From Exceevirus Xc38 (taxonomy: Duplodnaviria; Heunggongvirae; Uroviricota; Caudoviricetes; Schitoviridae), in IMG/VR virus record IMGVR_UViG_2974723840_000001, positions 1 through 15,328 of that record: a stretch of 15,328 bases of DNA. One strand, 5' to 3'. The notes beneath the pieces were generated by a model. That model made no database searches and had not been told where the DNA came from. It worked only from the letters and a program-made list of their open reading frames with translations. A program made the position numbers and the translations under genes. Shown piece by piece: positions 4,287 through 13,833 of this stretch. Each line of letters opens with the position of its first letter. The stretch's first letter is position 1.

Positions 4287-6491
4287 ATGGAAATTAATTT
4301 AAACCAACCTGTTCAGGTTCAGGGTAAGTTAACGAACTGGAAAAATGAACCAGATATTCGTGATCTTAAACAGGATCTGACAGAAGCAACTAGCTACTAC
4401 TCTACCCAAACCGGGAAGATTGAACGCTGGCTAAACGTGCTTCACATGGAAGGTAGTGCTAAACCAGTTACAGCTGATGGTAAGAGTAAGGTTGCTCCTA
4501 AGCTTGTGCGTACACAAGCAGAGTGGCGTTATTCAGCCTTGTCAGAAGTATTCTTGTCTAGTACTGACTTGTTTAATGTGAATCCTGTTACATGGGAAGA
4601 CGTTAAGGCAGCAGAACAGAATGAGCTAATTCTGAATAATCAGTTTGATACTAAGATTGATAAGGTTGCTTTCATCGATAAGATGATTCGTACTTGTGTC
4701 AATGAAGGTACTGCTATTCTCCGTACTGGATGGAACCACAAAGTAGAGAAGGTTACTCAAGAAGTACCTAACTTTATGATGTATGAAGATCCTTCTTTTA
4801 TGCCTGAATTACAGCAGCATCTACAGATGATGCAACAGCAACCAGATTATTTAGAAGATCAACCTGAAGAAATCAAATTAGCTGTAGAGCAATCACAAAT
4901 TCAAGGTGTACCTATTCGTGTATTCAAACAAGGTACTCGAATGGAGACTACTGAGAAGGTAATTGCAAACCACCCAACAGTAGAAGTAGTAGACTTCACT
5001 TCAATCTATGTTGACCCTACTTGCCAAGGCGATTTAAGTAGGGCCAATTTCATTATTCATAAGTTCGAGACTTCTATGTCTGACCTAAAGAGAGATGGTC
5101 GATATAAGAACCTTGATAAAATTGTTGTTCAGAATGCAACAGTAACATCCGATATAGGAAGCCAATATGACTCATCAAACCCACCAGGTTCATTCACCTT
5201 CAAAGATGAAGCGCGTAAAAAAATGTATGCATACGAGTACTGGGGATATTACGATTTTGACGATTCTGGCATTGCTCGCCCTATGGTATGCACTTGGGTT
5301 GGTGACACGATAATCCGATTAGAAGAGAACCCTTATCCTGATAAGCAGTTCCCTTTTGTATTCATTCCATTCATGCCTGTTAAGGGATCTTTGTATGGCG
5401 AACCTGATGCTGAGTTACTGGAAGATAACCAGAAGATTAAAGGTGCTGTAACACGAGGCATCATTGATCTGTTAGCTAAGACTTCTGCAGGTCAGACTGG
5501 ATTCATGAAAGGAGCTATGGATTCTGTAAACATGCATAAGTTCCGTACTGGTCAAGACTTCGAGTTCAATCCTGGACAACACCCACAGTATGCCATTCAA
5601 ACTCAGACCTTTGCTGATATTCCAGAGTCTGCTCCATTTATGTTGCAGATGGTGAATACGGATTCTGAATCATTGACTGGTGTGCGTGCCTTTGCAGGAA
5701 CAGGTGTTACTGGTGTTAACTTAGGACAAACAGCAGAAGCTGTACGTACTGCTACAGATGCAGCAACCAAACGTGAGATTGGTATTGTTCGTAGACTTGG
5801 TAATGGTATGGTTCAAGTAGCACGTAAGTTCTTAACCATGAATGCTATGTTCTTGGAAGAGGAAGAAGTAGTACGTGTTACTAATGACAACTTTGTTCCT
5901 GTTAAACGTGATGACTTAGCAGGTAACTTTGATCTACGTATTAATATCTCTACTCCAGAGGAAGACGTAAGTAGATCTCAACAGCTTAGCTTTATGATGC
6001 AAACTCTAGGTAATAACTTACCTCCTGAATTGCCTATTAAGATTATGGCTAAGATTGCTAAGTTGCATAAGATGCCTGATCTAGCTAACTACTTGGATAA
6101 CTGGCAACCTCAGCCTGATCCAATGCAAGAAGCTCTTAAACAACTTGAGATTGCTAAGATCCAAGCAGAAACTGCATTGCTTAATGCTCAAGCTCGTGAA
6201 GCAGATGCTAAGTCATTTGTACAAGGTGCTAAGGTTGGTGTTGAACAAGCTCGTGCAGGTCAGATGCAAAGTCAGACTGACAAGAACAACTTGGACTTCT
6301 ACAACAAAGCCAATGGCATTGATCATGCAAATGCTAAAGACTTGCAACAACAGAAGTTGGATACTGATATTGTTAAGGATACCCTTAAGAATCAGAACAA
6401 CCTTGACTTGGCTAACAAGCAACATAACACTGCTTTGTTGTTAGAGCATGCTAAGGCAAGTTTGCAACCAAAAGAAAAATCTGTATCATAG
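4287..6491 (+). CDS. Portal protein (N4 gp59-like)
   Basis: 734 aa with N4-portal-type segments (KLTNWKNEP, PKLVRTQAEWRY, EQNELILNNQF) and a long Q/A-rich coiled-coil C-terminus (portal barrel). AGGAA RBS. Confidence 0.92.
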   Translation: MEINLNQPVQVQGKLTNWKNEPDIRDLKQDLTEATSYYSTQTGKIERWLNVLHMEGSAKPVTADGKSKVAPKLVRTQAEWRYSALSEVFLSSTDLFNVNPVTWEDVKAAEQNELILNNQFDTKIDKVAFIDKMIRTCVNEGTAILRTGWNHKVEKVTQEVPNFMMYEDPSFMPELQQHLQMMQQQPDYLEDQPEEIKLAVEQSQIQGVPIRVFKQGTRMETTEKVIANHPTVEVVDFTSIYVDPTCQGDLSRANFIIHKFETSMSDLKRDGRYKNLDKIVVQNATVTSDIGSQYDSSNPPGSFTFKDEARKKMYAYEYWGYYDFDDSGIARPMVCTWVGDTIIRLEENPYPDKQFPFVFIPFMPVKGSLYGEPDAELLEDNQKIKGAVTRGIIDLLAKTSAGQTGFMKGAMDSVNMHKFRTGQDFEFNPGQHPQYAIQTQTFADIPESAPFMLQMVNTDSESLTGVRAFAGTGVTGVNLGQTAEAVRTATDAATKREIGIVRRLGNGMVQVARKFLTMNAMFLEEEEVVRVTNDNFVPVKRDDLAGNFDLRINISTPEEDVSRSQQLSFMMQTLGNNLPPELPIKIMAKIAKLHKMPDLANYLDNWQPQPDPMQEALKQLEIAKIQAETALLNAQAREADAKSFVQGAKVGVEQARAGQMQSQTDKNNLDFYNKANGIDHANAKDLQQQKLDTDIVKDTLKNQNNLDLANKQHNTALLLEHAKASLQPKEKSVS

Positions 6492-6499
6492 GCCACAAC

Positions 6500-6526
6500 A
6501 GGGTTAGGTAACTAACCCTTTACTTT
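6500..6526 (+). terminator. Stem-loop after portal (weak terminator or mRNA stabiliser)
   Basis: AGGGTTAG-gtaa-CTAACCCT (GNRA loop) followed by TTACTTT, just before the next RBS. Confidence 0.55.
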
Positions 6527-6536
6527 AGGAAGAGCA

Positions 6537-6851
6537 ATGAACAAGTTAGACCAAGATATCCTAGACCTCCAAGAACTAAAGAAGACGTTAGTGTCTTTAG
6601 AGAGACTCAATCGTAATCCAGACTTTCAAAGAGTAATCTTAAAGAACTTCTTGGAAGAACACCCTCTTGCACTTGTGAAGAGTAAAGGTACATTAGGAAT
6701 CAAACCAGAAACCATTGTAGACATAGAAAGACAACTCGATTGTGTAGCACTGTTTAATATGTATCTACAGAACTTAAATGCTCAGATAGCTGACATTGAC
6801 TTAAGAATAGTTGAAGCAGAAACCTTAAGAGCAAACGAAACAAGGAACTAA
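6537..6851 (+). CDS. Small coiled-coil hypothetical protein (N4 gp58-like position)
   Basis: 104 aa, AGGA RBS, leucine heptads; lies between portal and the gp57-like gene. Confidence 0.8.
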   Translation: MNKLDQDILDLQELKKTLVSLERLNRNPDFQRVILKNFLEEHPLALVKSKGTLGIKPETIVDIERQLDCVALFNMYLQNLNAQIADIDLRIVEAETLRANETRN

Positions 6852-6853
6852 AT

Positions 6854-8098
6854 ATGTCTATCGACTACGCAAACTTAACACTTGAGCAATTGGAATCTAT
6901 GTCAGATGAAGACTTTGCTAAGTTAGATCCATCTAAGTTAGGTGAAGCAACTCCATCTACAGAAGAACAACCTCCAGTAGAAGCGCCAGTAGATACTCCT
7001 CCAGTAGCTGATGAACCACCTCCTGTAGAGCAGGAACCAGAACAACAACCACAACCTGATCCTGAGCCTGCGAGTGAAGACACAGCAAATGGGACTGCGA
7101 GCGAAGCGGAGCAGACCCAAGCAGCTGATGTCGTAACGGAGCAAGGCGAAGGTATTAACCCAACACAAGAACAGCAACCTCAAGAACAACAGCCTACTAC
7201 CGTAGCTGATTCACCTGAGAAAGCTTTCTATGACAAGGTTACTGCAGGGTTTAAAGCCAATGGTAAGACCTACAAGATTGATAACCCTGATGACTTAATT
7301 GCATTAGCTCAACAAGGTCTTAACTACAATCAGAAGATGGCAGCTATTAAACCATCATTAAAGATTGTACGTGCTTTACAAGAACGTGGTATTGAATCAC
7401 TTGAACAGTTAGGTGAATTGTTTGACTTACATGACAGAAAGCCTGAAGCAATTGCTGCTTTAGTACAGAAGTCAGGTATTGATACATATCAACTGGAAGA
7501 ACAAGCTAAGGCTTATGTTCCGTCAGTACCTCAAGTCAATGATCAACTCTTTGAGTTTGAACAAGCTGCTAAAGCATTAGAGGGTAATCCTCACTTTGGT
7601 ACAGTGGTTCAAAACTTACAGACGTATGATGATCAAACACGACAAGAGATCTTTACTAAACCACACTTGTTGAATGTATTAACAGACCATGTAGCTAATG
7701 GTTATTATGATCAGATTATGGCTCGTCTTGAAATTGAACAAGCAACAGGTCGTACTCGTGGTATGTCATTCCTACAAGCTTATGATGCAATTGGACAGCA
7801 AATGTTTGGTCAGCCACAGCAGCAACCAGTTAATGTACCACCTGCTAACTACCAGAGTAACATCTCTGCTCACGGTAACCCACCTGTTCAATTAGCAACC
7901 CAATCTGCTCCTGTGCAAGTAGTTGCTAAACCAGTACATGTTGCACAAAAACAAAATACAAGTAATAATGCAGCACGAAAGGCTGCTGCTAGTACAACTG
8001 GCACAGCTACAACAGTTCAGAAGATAGTAATGACCCCCGATGAGTTATGGGCACTATCTGATGAAGAGTTTGCAAAGATTAATCCGAAATACCTTTAA
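6854..8098 (+). CDS. Probable capsid scaffolding protein (N4 gp57-like; often annotated tape measure)
   Basis: 414 aa immediately upstream of the MCP gene. Acidic, with P/E/Q-rich disordered tracts flanking a helical core. Confidence 0.7.
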   Translation: MSIDYANLTLEQLESMSDEDFAKLDPSKLGEATPSTEEQPPVEAPVDTPPVADEPPPVEQEPEQQPQPDPEPASEDTANGTASEAEQTQAADVVTEQGEGINPTQEQQPQEQQPTTVADSPEKAFYDKVTAGFKANGKTYKIDNPDDLIALAQQGLNYNQKMAAIKPSLKIVRALQERGIESLEQLGELFDLHDRKPEAIAALVQKSGIDTYQLEEQAKAYVPSVPQVNDQLFEFEQAAKALEGNPHFGTVVQNLQTYDDQTRQEIFTKPHLLNVLTDHVANGYYDQIMARLEIEQATGRTRGMSFLQAYDAIGQQMFGQPQQQPVNVPPANYQSNISAHGNPPVQLATQSAPVQVVAKPVHVAQKQNTSNNAARKAAASTTGTATTVQKIVMTPDELWALSDEEFAKINPKYL

Positions 8099-8112
8099 AG
8101 GAAATTTAAACT

Positions 8113-9282
8113 ATGGCACATTTTTATAATGATCCTACAGGTGGTAACCCATCTACAGTTGGTACTCAATTACGCGACTTCTACTATGCTCGTGATGCAA
8201 TCACAGAAGTAGCAAAAGAACAGTACTTCTCTCAACTTGCTTCTGTTACAGATATGCCTAAGCATTATGGTAAGCGTATTAAACGTTATATCTATGTGCC
8301 TTTACTTGATGACCGTAACAAAAACGATCAGGGTATTGACGCTACTGGTGTTGCGATTAAAGACGGTAACCTTTACGGCTCTAGTAAAGACGTAGGCTTT
8401 ATTGCAGGCAAGATGCCAGTATTATCTGAAACAGGTGGTCGTGTTAACCGTGTAGGTTTCGTACGTAAAACTCTTGAAGGTACGTTCCAGAACTACGGTT
8501 ACTTCATGGAATACTCAGAAGACTCATTGAACTTCGATACAGATGAACAGTTGATGCAACACATTAACCGCGAAATGTTGAAAGGTGCAAACGAAATCTC
8601 TGAAGCTCTTATCCAGTTAGACTTGCTTAACAACGCAGGCGTTACTAAATATGCAGGTGTTGCTACTTCAGCTGCTGAAATTGGTAAAGACAGTATCGTT
8701 ACTTTTGAAGACCTTGTTAACCTCGTTACTGACCTGGACAACAACCGTACTCCAAAAGATACGAAGATCATCTCTGGTTCTACAAATATCGATACTAAAA
8801 CCATTAACGCTGCTCGCTTAATGTATATCGGTTCTGAACTTAAGAACACTCTTCGTAAACAAACAGACTTCTTCAATAACCCTGCATTTGTTGGTGTTCA
8901 ACACTACGCTGCTGCAACCAAACCTCTTCGTGGTGAAATTGGTTCTATCGATGAGTTCCGTATCATCGTAGTTCCTGAAATGATGAAGTGGGCAGGTGCT
9001 GGTCAAGCTGCAACTACTGGTGATGGCGTACACGTTACTGACGGTAAAGTAGACGTATTCCCAATGTTGGTTGTTGGTTCTGAATCATTCACTACTATCG
9101 GCTTCCAATCAGATGCCAAGTCTGTGAAGTTCAAGATCATCCACAAAAAGCCTGGGCCTGAGATGGCTACTCCTGCAGATCCATACGGTAAGATGGGCTT
9201 TATGTCTATTCAATGGTGGTATGGCTTCATGGTAATCCGTCCAGAGCGTATTGCCTTGATCAAAACTGCTGCATTAATCTAA
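8113..9282 (+). CDS. Major capsid protein (N4 gp56-like)
   Basis: 389 aa with the N4-MCP signature KEQYF..LASVT.MPKHYGK..K.Y.YVPLLDDRN.NDQGIDA. Strong codon bias (GGT, CGT, AAC, ATC), AAGGA RBS, followed by a terminator. Confidence 0.95.
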   Translation: MAHFYNDPTGGNPSTVGTQLRDFYYARDAITEVAKEQYFSQLASVTDMPKHYGKRIKRYIYVPLLDDRNKNDQGIDATGVAIKDGNLYGSSKDVGFIAGKMPVLSETGGRVNRVGFVRKTLEGTFQNYGYFMEYSEDSLNFDTDEQLMQHINREMLKGANEISEALIQLDLLNNAGVTKYAGVATSAAEIGKDSIVTFEDLVNLVTDLDNNRTPKDTKIISGSTNIDTKTINAARLMYIGSELKNTLRKQTDFFNNPAFVGVQHYAAATKPLRGEIGSIDEFRIIVVPEMMKWAGAGQAATTGDGVHVTDGKVDVFPMLVVGSESFTTIGFQSDAKSVKFKIIHKKPGPEMATPADPYGKMGFMSIQWWYGFMVIRPERIALIKTAALI

Positions 9283-9289
9283 TATCACT

Positions 9290-9318
9290 AAAGGGGAGCT
9301 AAGCCTCCCCTTTATTTT
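9290..9318 (+). terminator. Rho-independent terminator after MCP
   Basis: AAAGGGGAG-ctaagc-CTCCCCTTT followed by ATTTT. Confidence 0.85.
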
Positions 9319-9345
9319 CAGCTTAATATTCGTAAAGGAAATCCC

Positions 9346-9936
9346 ATGTCAGATGTTCAACAAACTCAAAACACTCTTAGTGAAGAACAGCAAGTTCAAG
9401 CAATTGCATCTCTTAAGAAACAAGCAGATCGCTTGGGTGTTACATATAAATCAAACGTATCAGTGGCAACATTGCAAAAAGCTATTCAAGCTAAGCTTGA
9501 TGGCGAACCAGACGAAAGTGAGGGTAATACAGAAGTGGATACTAAATCGAAACGCCAATCAGAAGCAGAACAGCTTGAAGCTCTCCACGACAAGGCTATG
9601 AAGCTTGTACGTGTAATCGTTACACCTATGGAAGCGACTAAAGCAGCTAACCTTGAATCAGAAATCTTCTGTGCAGGTAACTCTAAACTAGGTACAGTTA
9701 AACGCTTAGTAGTATTTGGTGAACCATGGCACGTAGAGCAAATCCTTCTTAACTCTATTAAAGAGAAGAAGTACCAAATGTTTACAACTAAGAAGAATGC
9801 TCGTGGTATCGAGATTACTTCTGCAAAATTAGTCCCTGCTTATGCGATTAACGTTCTTCCTGACTTAACAGAAGAAGAATTAAAAGAGCTTGCAGATCAC
9901 CAAGTTCGTACACGCTCATTAGCTGACGAAGATTAA
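9346..9936 (+). CDS. Conserved hypothetical protein (N4 gp55-like position) with an N-terminal HeH/LEM-like motif
   Basis: 196 aa, AAGGA RBS. Residues 23-51 (LKKQADRLGVTYKSNVSVATLQKAIQAKL) have a helix-extension-helix pattern. Confidence 0.7.
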   Translation: MSDVQQTQNTLSEEQQVQAIASLKKQADRLGVTYKSNVSVATLQKAIQAKLDGEPDESEGNTEVDTKSKRQSEAEQLEALHDKAMKLVRVIVTPMEATKAANLESEIFCAGNSKLGTVKRLVVFGEPWHVEQILLNSIKEKKYQMFTTKKNARGIEITSAKLVPAYAINVLPDLTEEELKELADHQVRTRSLADED

Positions 9937-9947
9937 GGATAAACATC

Positions 9948-11390
9948 ATGGCTAGTACTAACATTGATTTAACATTAGCTCAGTTAGATAACTTAGATAT
10001 TAAGGAACTAACTACAGCTACTATTGGTGGTACTGGTGTATTTGATGTCTTGATGAAAACCACTGCCTTACATATCCGTGCTGAATATGATGCTAACCGG
10101 ATTACAGGCCCTGAGTATTCACAAGTTTATCTGGGTGGCCTACAAGCCACCCTTGCTACTTCTGTACAGTACTTAAACGAAGCTAAGCTTCTAGGTATTC
10201 GTATCAAGAATGAAGAAAAGCAAGGTGAGTTAATTGCTGCTCAAACCAAACTTGCCGAAGCACAAGCGAATCAAGTTAAGTTAGAGACTGAGCTTAAGCT
10301 TCCTGTAGAAGTAGCCAACATCGAAGCATCAACTGCATTATCTGCCGCTAATAAGGAACAGGTTGTAACTACAACTACCACTATGCTTCCAGCACAGGTA
10401 GCAAACGTACAAGCAACAACCTTACTTACTGACACTAACCGTGATCGTGTTAAAGAAGAGATTACTCTCATCCCTAAACAAGGTGAGATGCTTACAGCAC
10501 AGATAGGTCAAACAGCTAAGCAGACTGAGTTAGTAAATGTACAGATTGATCAGTTAACTCAAGAGCTTGCTAAGATCCCTGTAGAAGTACAGATCTTAGA
10601 GAAACAGCTTGAAGGTCAAATGGCTCAGATTAGTCTTACTAATGCACAAACTGAAGGTGTTGAACTTAGTAATACTAAGATCCCTAAAGAAATTGTTTTA
10701 CTTGAGAAGCAGTCACTACAGGCAGATTCAGCTATTGCATTAACTACCGCTCAGAAAGATCAAATCACTGCAGAGACTACTACTCGTTTGCCAGTAGAAG
10801 TAGCTAACTTGACTAAGCAAGGTGAGAACTTAGCTAAGCAAGTATTAATGACAGACGCTCAAACCAATCAAGTAATTGAACAAACTAAGCGCTTCCCTTA
10901 TGACATTGAAGAGATTCAAGCTCGTATTACTAGCATGACCAAGCAAACACTCAGTACTGAAAAAGATATTGAATTGAAGCAAGGTCAGTTAGAACTTCAA
11001 GAGAAACAGTTACTCTTATCTCAAGCAGAACTTGAAGTTAAGAAACAGGAACTTGAAGTACAGCGTGCTGCTATTGATTCTCAGAAGGCTCAAGCAGAGT
11101 TATATGGTCAAAAGGTTAAGACAGAGAAAGCTCAGACTGAAGGTTCTGTTGCACAACCAGGTTCTGTACTTGGTGCTAACGTAGCAGTTCTTATGGCTCA
11201 GGCTGATGGTTATACTTCTGATAAGCTACAGAAAGCTACTAAGATCTTAGTTGATACTTGGAATGCTAGACGTAGTACAGATGACGGTACTGAAGCTAAC
11301 GTCACTAACCAATTGCATGATGCCAACATTGGTGTTGTAGTAAAAGGTTTAATGACTGATGCAGGCTTACAGCCAAACATCTCAGGCTAA
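9948..11390 (+). CDS. Virion structural protein, probable tail tube (N4 gp54-like), with an expanded segmented coiled coil
   Basis: 480 aa. N-terminal GTGVFDVLM...RITGPEYSQVYLG and C-terminal KILVDTWNAR blocks flank heptad repeats. Gene order MCP, gp55, gp54. Confidence 0.7.
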   Translation: MASTNIDLTLAQLDNLDIKELTTATIGGTGVFDVLMKTTALHIRAEYDANRITGPEYSQVYLGGLQATLATSVQYLNEAKLLGIRIKNEEKQGELIAAQTKLAEAQANQVKLETELKLPVEVANIEASTALSAANKEQVVTTTTTMLPAQVANVQATTLLTDTNRDRVKEEITLIPKQGEMLTAQIGQTAKQTELVNVQIDQLTQELAKIPVEVQILEKQLEGQMAQISLTNAQTEGVELSNTKIPKEIVLLEKQSLQADSAIALTTAQKDQITAETTTRLPVEVANLTKQGENLAKQVLMTDAQTNQVIEQTKRFPYDIEEIQARITSMTKQTLSTEKDIELKQGQLELQEKQLLLSQAELEVKKQELEVQRAAIDSQKAQAELYGQKVKTEKAQTEGSVAQPGSVLGANVAVLMAQADGYTSDKLQKATKILVDTWNARRSTDDGTEANVTNQLHDANIGVVVKGLMTDAGLQPNISG

Positions 11391-11407
11391 GTAACTTAGT
11401 ATAGAAT

Positions 11408-11434
11408 AGGGAGCAAATAGCTCCCTTTCTTTTT
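11408..11434 (+). terminator. Rho-independent terminator
   Basis: AGGGAGC-aaata-GCTCCCT followed by TTCTTTTT. Confidence 0.85.
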
Positions 11435-11445
11435 AGGAATATATT

Positions 11446-13833
11446 ATGGGTTTACTCAAAACAAAGAAGAAGACCTACGTTAATACATCAGTGTCTCGTA
11501 TGGTTGCTGATGAAGATATCGTACCTTCTCATCGTATGGCAGTACTAGACTATGCTATGTCTCAGTCTTCTTCGTCTGTACGTTTAAGTGCTGCATCCCT
11601 ATCAGATTACTTAATCCGTGCTACTACTAATAACATCGTAGCTCGTGCACGTAAGACGCGTAGAATGGCTAAACGTGATAACTATGTGTTTGGTTTACCT
11701 GAATCTACTATGTATCAAGATGATGGTATAGATATCAAAGCAGCAGTTACTGAAGTTCTAGAAACTATGTATCCAGGTGGTGTAATAGTTAAGGATGCTT
11801 ACTTTGGGCCAATGAATAACTTCTATTTTTTACGTCCTATTCTTAATCGTAAATATGGTTATAACTATGACACTAACGAACTAGTAGAAGAATCTAGACG
11901 TATTGGTTTTAAGTGTTATATGGAATCTGCTCGTATTGAATATAGTATCTATACCGATACAGCTTTAATTGATCCAGATACTCTTATGCAATATGGGGAA
12001 TCTGCAGAAGCAGGATATACACCATTCAGAGCAGCTAATCCTAATGCAGCTCAAGTACCTTGGTCTAAAGCAGGTATATCTGATTATGATGTAGCTAAGG
12101 TAAAGGTTGTATATGCAGATGCTGAAGGTAAGAAACAAACCTATACTTTGACTATTGATTATCTAGAGTATGAAAACAGTTCCAAACCCCCTGTTAATGG
12201 TTTAGACGATAGCGATACTAATAATATTGACCCAGATGCTCAGGCTCCTATAGTAGACCAGACTCTTGATGGTCAGCATTATTACCAAGCTAACTATGAA
12301 TACATTGATAACGGTGTAGCCCATAAGGATACCTTTATATATCTATATGGTTCTGGTTTAAATACTAAGCTTGATAACCTATTTAAAGTAGGTGATAAGT
12401 TTGGTGAGTACATTCCTCGTATCTATGCTCGTTTAGGTGGTAAGAAGCTCAACGAAGATAAGGATACAGATGAGTACAAATCAATGACTCGTATCTGTAG
12501 AACTCAAGGAATGAACTGGACTAACTGGGTAGATGAAGTACATAAATCTGTAGGCTCTCTAGAGTACGTGACTCAGATTTATATGACCTACTCTGCTCCG
12601 GCTAATACTCAGGATCAGACTATTCTAGATTACCTCTTCAGGTATTTTGAAGGTATGTATGGTCAGCTTCCTGATAAAAGACCTACTACAAACTTTGGTG
12701 ATTTAAATAGGGAGTTCTTAAAGGGAGGAACTAAGTTAGGTCAGACCTATGAGATCAAGGATAACTATTACACTCAACGTATGAACCTTGATGCTCTTGG
12801 TTATGAAGATATTGTAGGTAGTATCGGTGAGGTAGGTACACTTAATTCTGAACTTAAAACCAATGTAGTTACTATAGGCAGACCCGGCAGTACTTCATCC
12901 TTCCGACCTAAATCTACAGTTAAGTGTCACTACTATCGTAAGCAGTTAACCCCTACTGTATACCGTGAATACCGAGTATACGGTTTATCTATTGTTGAGG
13001 TTGTAGCAGGTGGTAACTATACCACTGCAGCAGGTGGCGATGAAAATTTACTTATACCTTTAGACTTATCTATTGATCACGGTATATCTCCTCGTAAGAT
13101 GGAGGAACTCTACACTAAGTGTATGTATATTGTTCTTAATACACTTCAAGTAGTTAAAACTAAGTGGTATCAGACAGGTATATTCAAAGCTATTATGTTT
13201 ATTGTTGCTGTGGTGGTTTCCTATTTCTTCCCTCCCGCAGGTGTAGCAATGTGGACATGGATGGCAGCAGCTTATGCTGTTATTCAAGCTGTAGTGATAG
13301 GTTTACTGATCCAAGTTGCAGTAAAGCTATTAGTTAAACTTGGGGTAGATGTAGGTACGGCTGCAGCTGTTATTGCAGCAGTGGCTCTTGTTTATGGTGG
13401 TTTTACAGCACTTTCTAAAACTACTGGTTTAGGTGGTATGTCTACCATTCAACTTTTACAGTTATCTTCTCAAGCATTTTCTGCATCCTCGCAAGGTTAT
13501 GCATTACAAACTAAGAATGCTATTAAAGAGTTCAACTCATTAATGACTGAACTAAGCGAAGAAAACAAGGAAATTCAACGTAAAGCTAGAGAGTTAGGTA
13601 TGGGTAACCATGGGCCACTCTTATTATATGAACAACCTTATGACATTGGAATACGTATTGGTGAGTCACCAGATGACTACATTGAAAGATCGATACATAC
13701 TACAAACGTAGCTAGTACTGTATACTCGCTAATTGAAATGAACGTAGATATGGGATTACAACTCCCAACTACTACAGGAATCTTACGAAATCTTCAGGAG
13801 CAAACTGATGAACTATCCATTCTTGGGATATAA
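11446..13833 (+). CDS. Large structural protein (N4 gp53-like; probable tail tip/plug) with a C-terminal hydrophobic block
   Basis: 795 aa, AGGAA RBS, positioned between the gp54-like and gp52-like genes. About 78 mostly hydrophobic residues at 13180-13413. Confidence 0.7.
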   Translation: MGLLKTKKKTYVNTSVSRMVADEDIVPSHRMAVLDYAMSQSSSSVRLSAASLSDYLIRATTNNIVARARKTRRMAKRDNYVFGLPESTMYQDDGIDIKAAVTEVLETMYPGGVIVKDAYFGPMNNFYFLRPILNRKYGYNYDTNELVEESRRIGFKCYMESARIEYSIYTDTALIDPDTLMQYGESAEAGYTPFRAANPNAAQVPWSKAGISDYDVAKVKVVYADAEGKKQTYTLTIDYLEYENSSKPPVNGLDDSDTNNIDPDAQAPIVDQTLDGQHYYQANYEYIDNGVAHKDTFIYLYGSGLNTKLDNLFKVGDKFGEYIPRIYARLGGKKLNEDKDTDEYKSMTRICRTQGMNWTNWVDEVHKSVGSLEYVTQIYMTYSAPANTQDQTILDYLFRYFEGMYGQLPDKRPTTNFGDLNREFLKGGTKLGQTYEIKDNYYTQRMNLDALGYEDIVGSIGEVGTLNSELKTNVVTIGRPGSTSSFRPKSTVKCHYYRKQLTPTVYREYRVYGLSIVEVVAGGNYTTAAGGDENLLIPLDLSIDHGISPRKMEELYTKCMYIVLNTLQVVKTKWYQTGIFKAIMFIVAVVVSYFFPPAGVAMWTWMAAAYAVIQAVVIGLLIQVAVKLLVKLGVDVGTAAAVIAAVALVYGGFTALSKTTGLGGMSTIQLLQLSSQAFSASSQGYALQTKNAIKEFNSLMTELSEENKEIQRKARELGMGNHGPLLLYEQPYDIGIRIGESPDDYIERSIHTTNVASTVYSLIEMNVDMGLQLPTTTGILRNLQEQTDELSILGI

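Noticed and set aside
6854-8098. Tape measure protein annotation
   Set aside because: The flanking genes indicate a short-tailed N4-like phage; position, acidity and disorder fit a scaffold better.
9250-9300. Programmed frameshift or read-through at the MCP 3' end
   Set aside because: No X XXY YYZ slippery site is visible, and a strong terminator follows the TAA.
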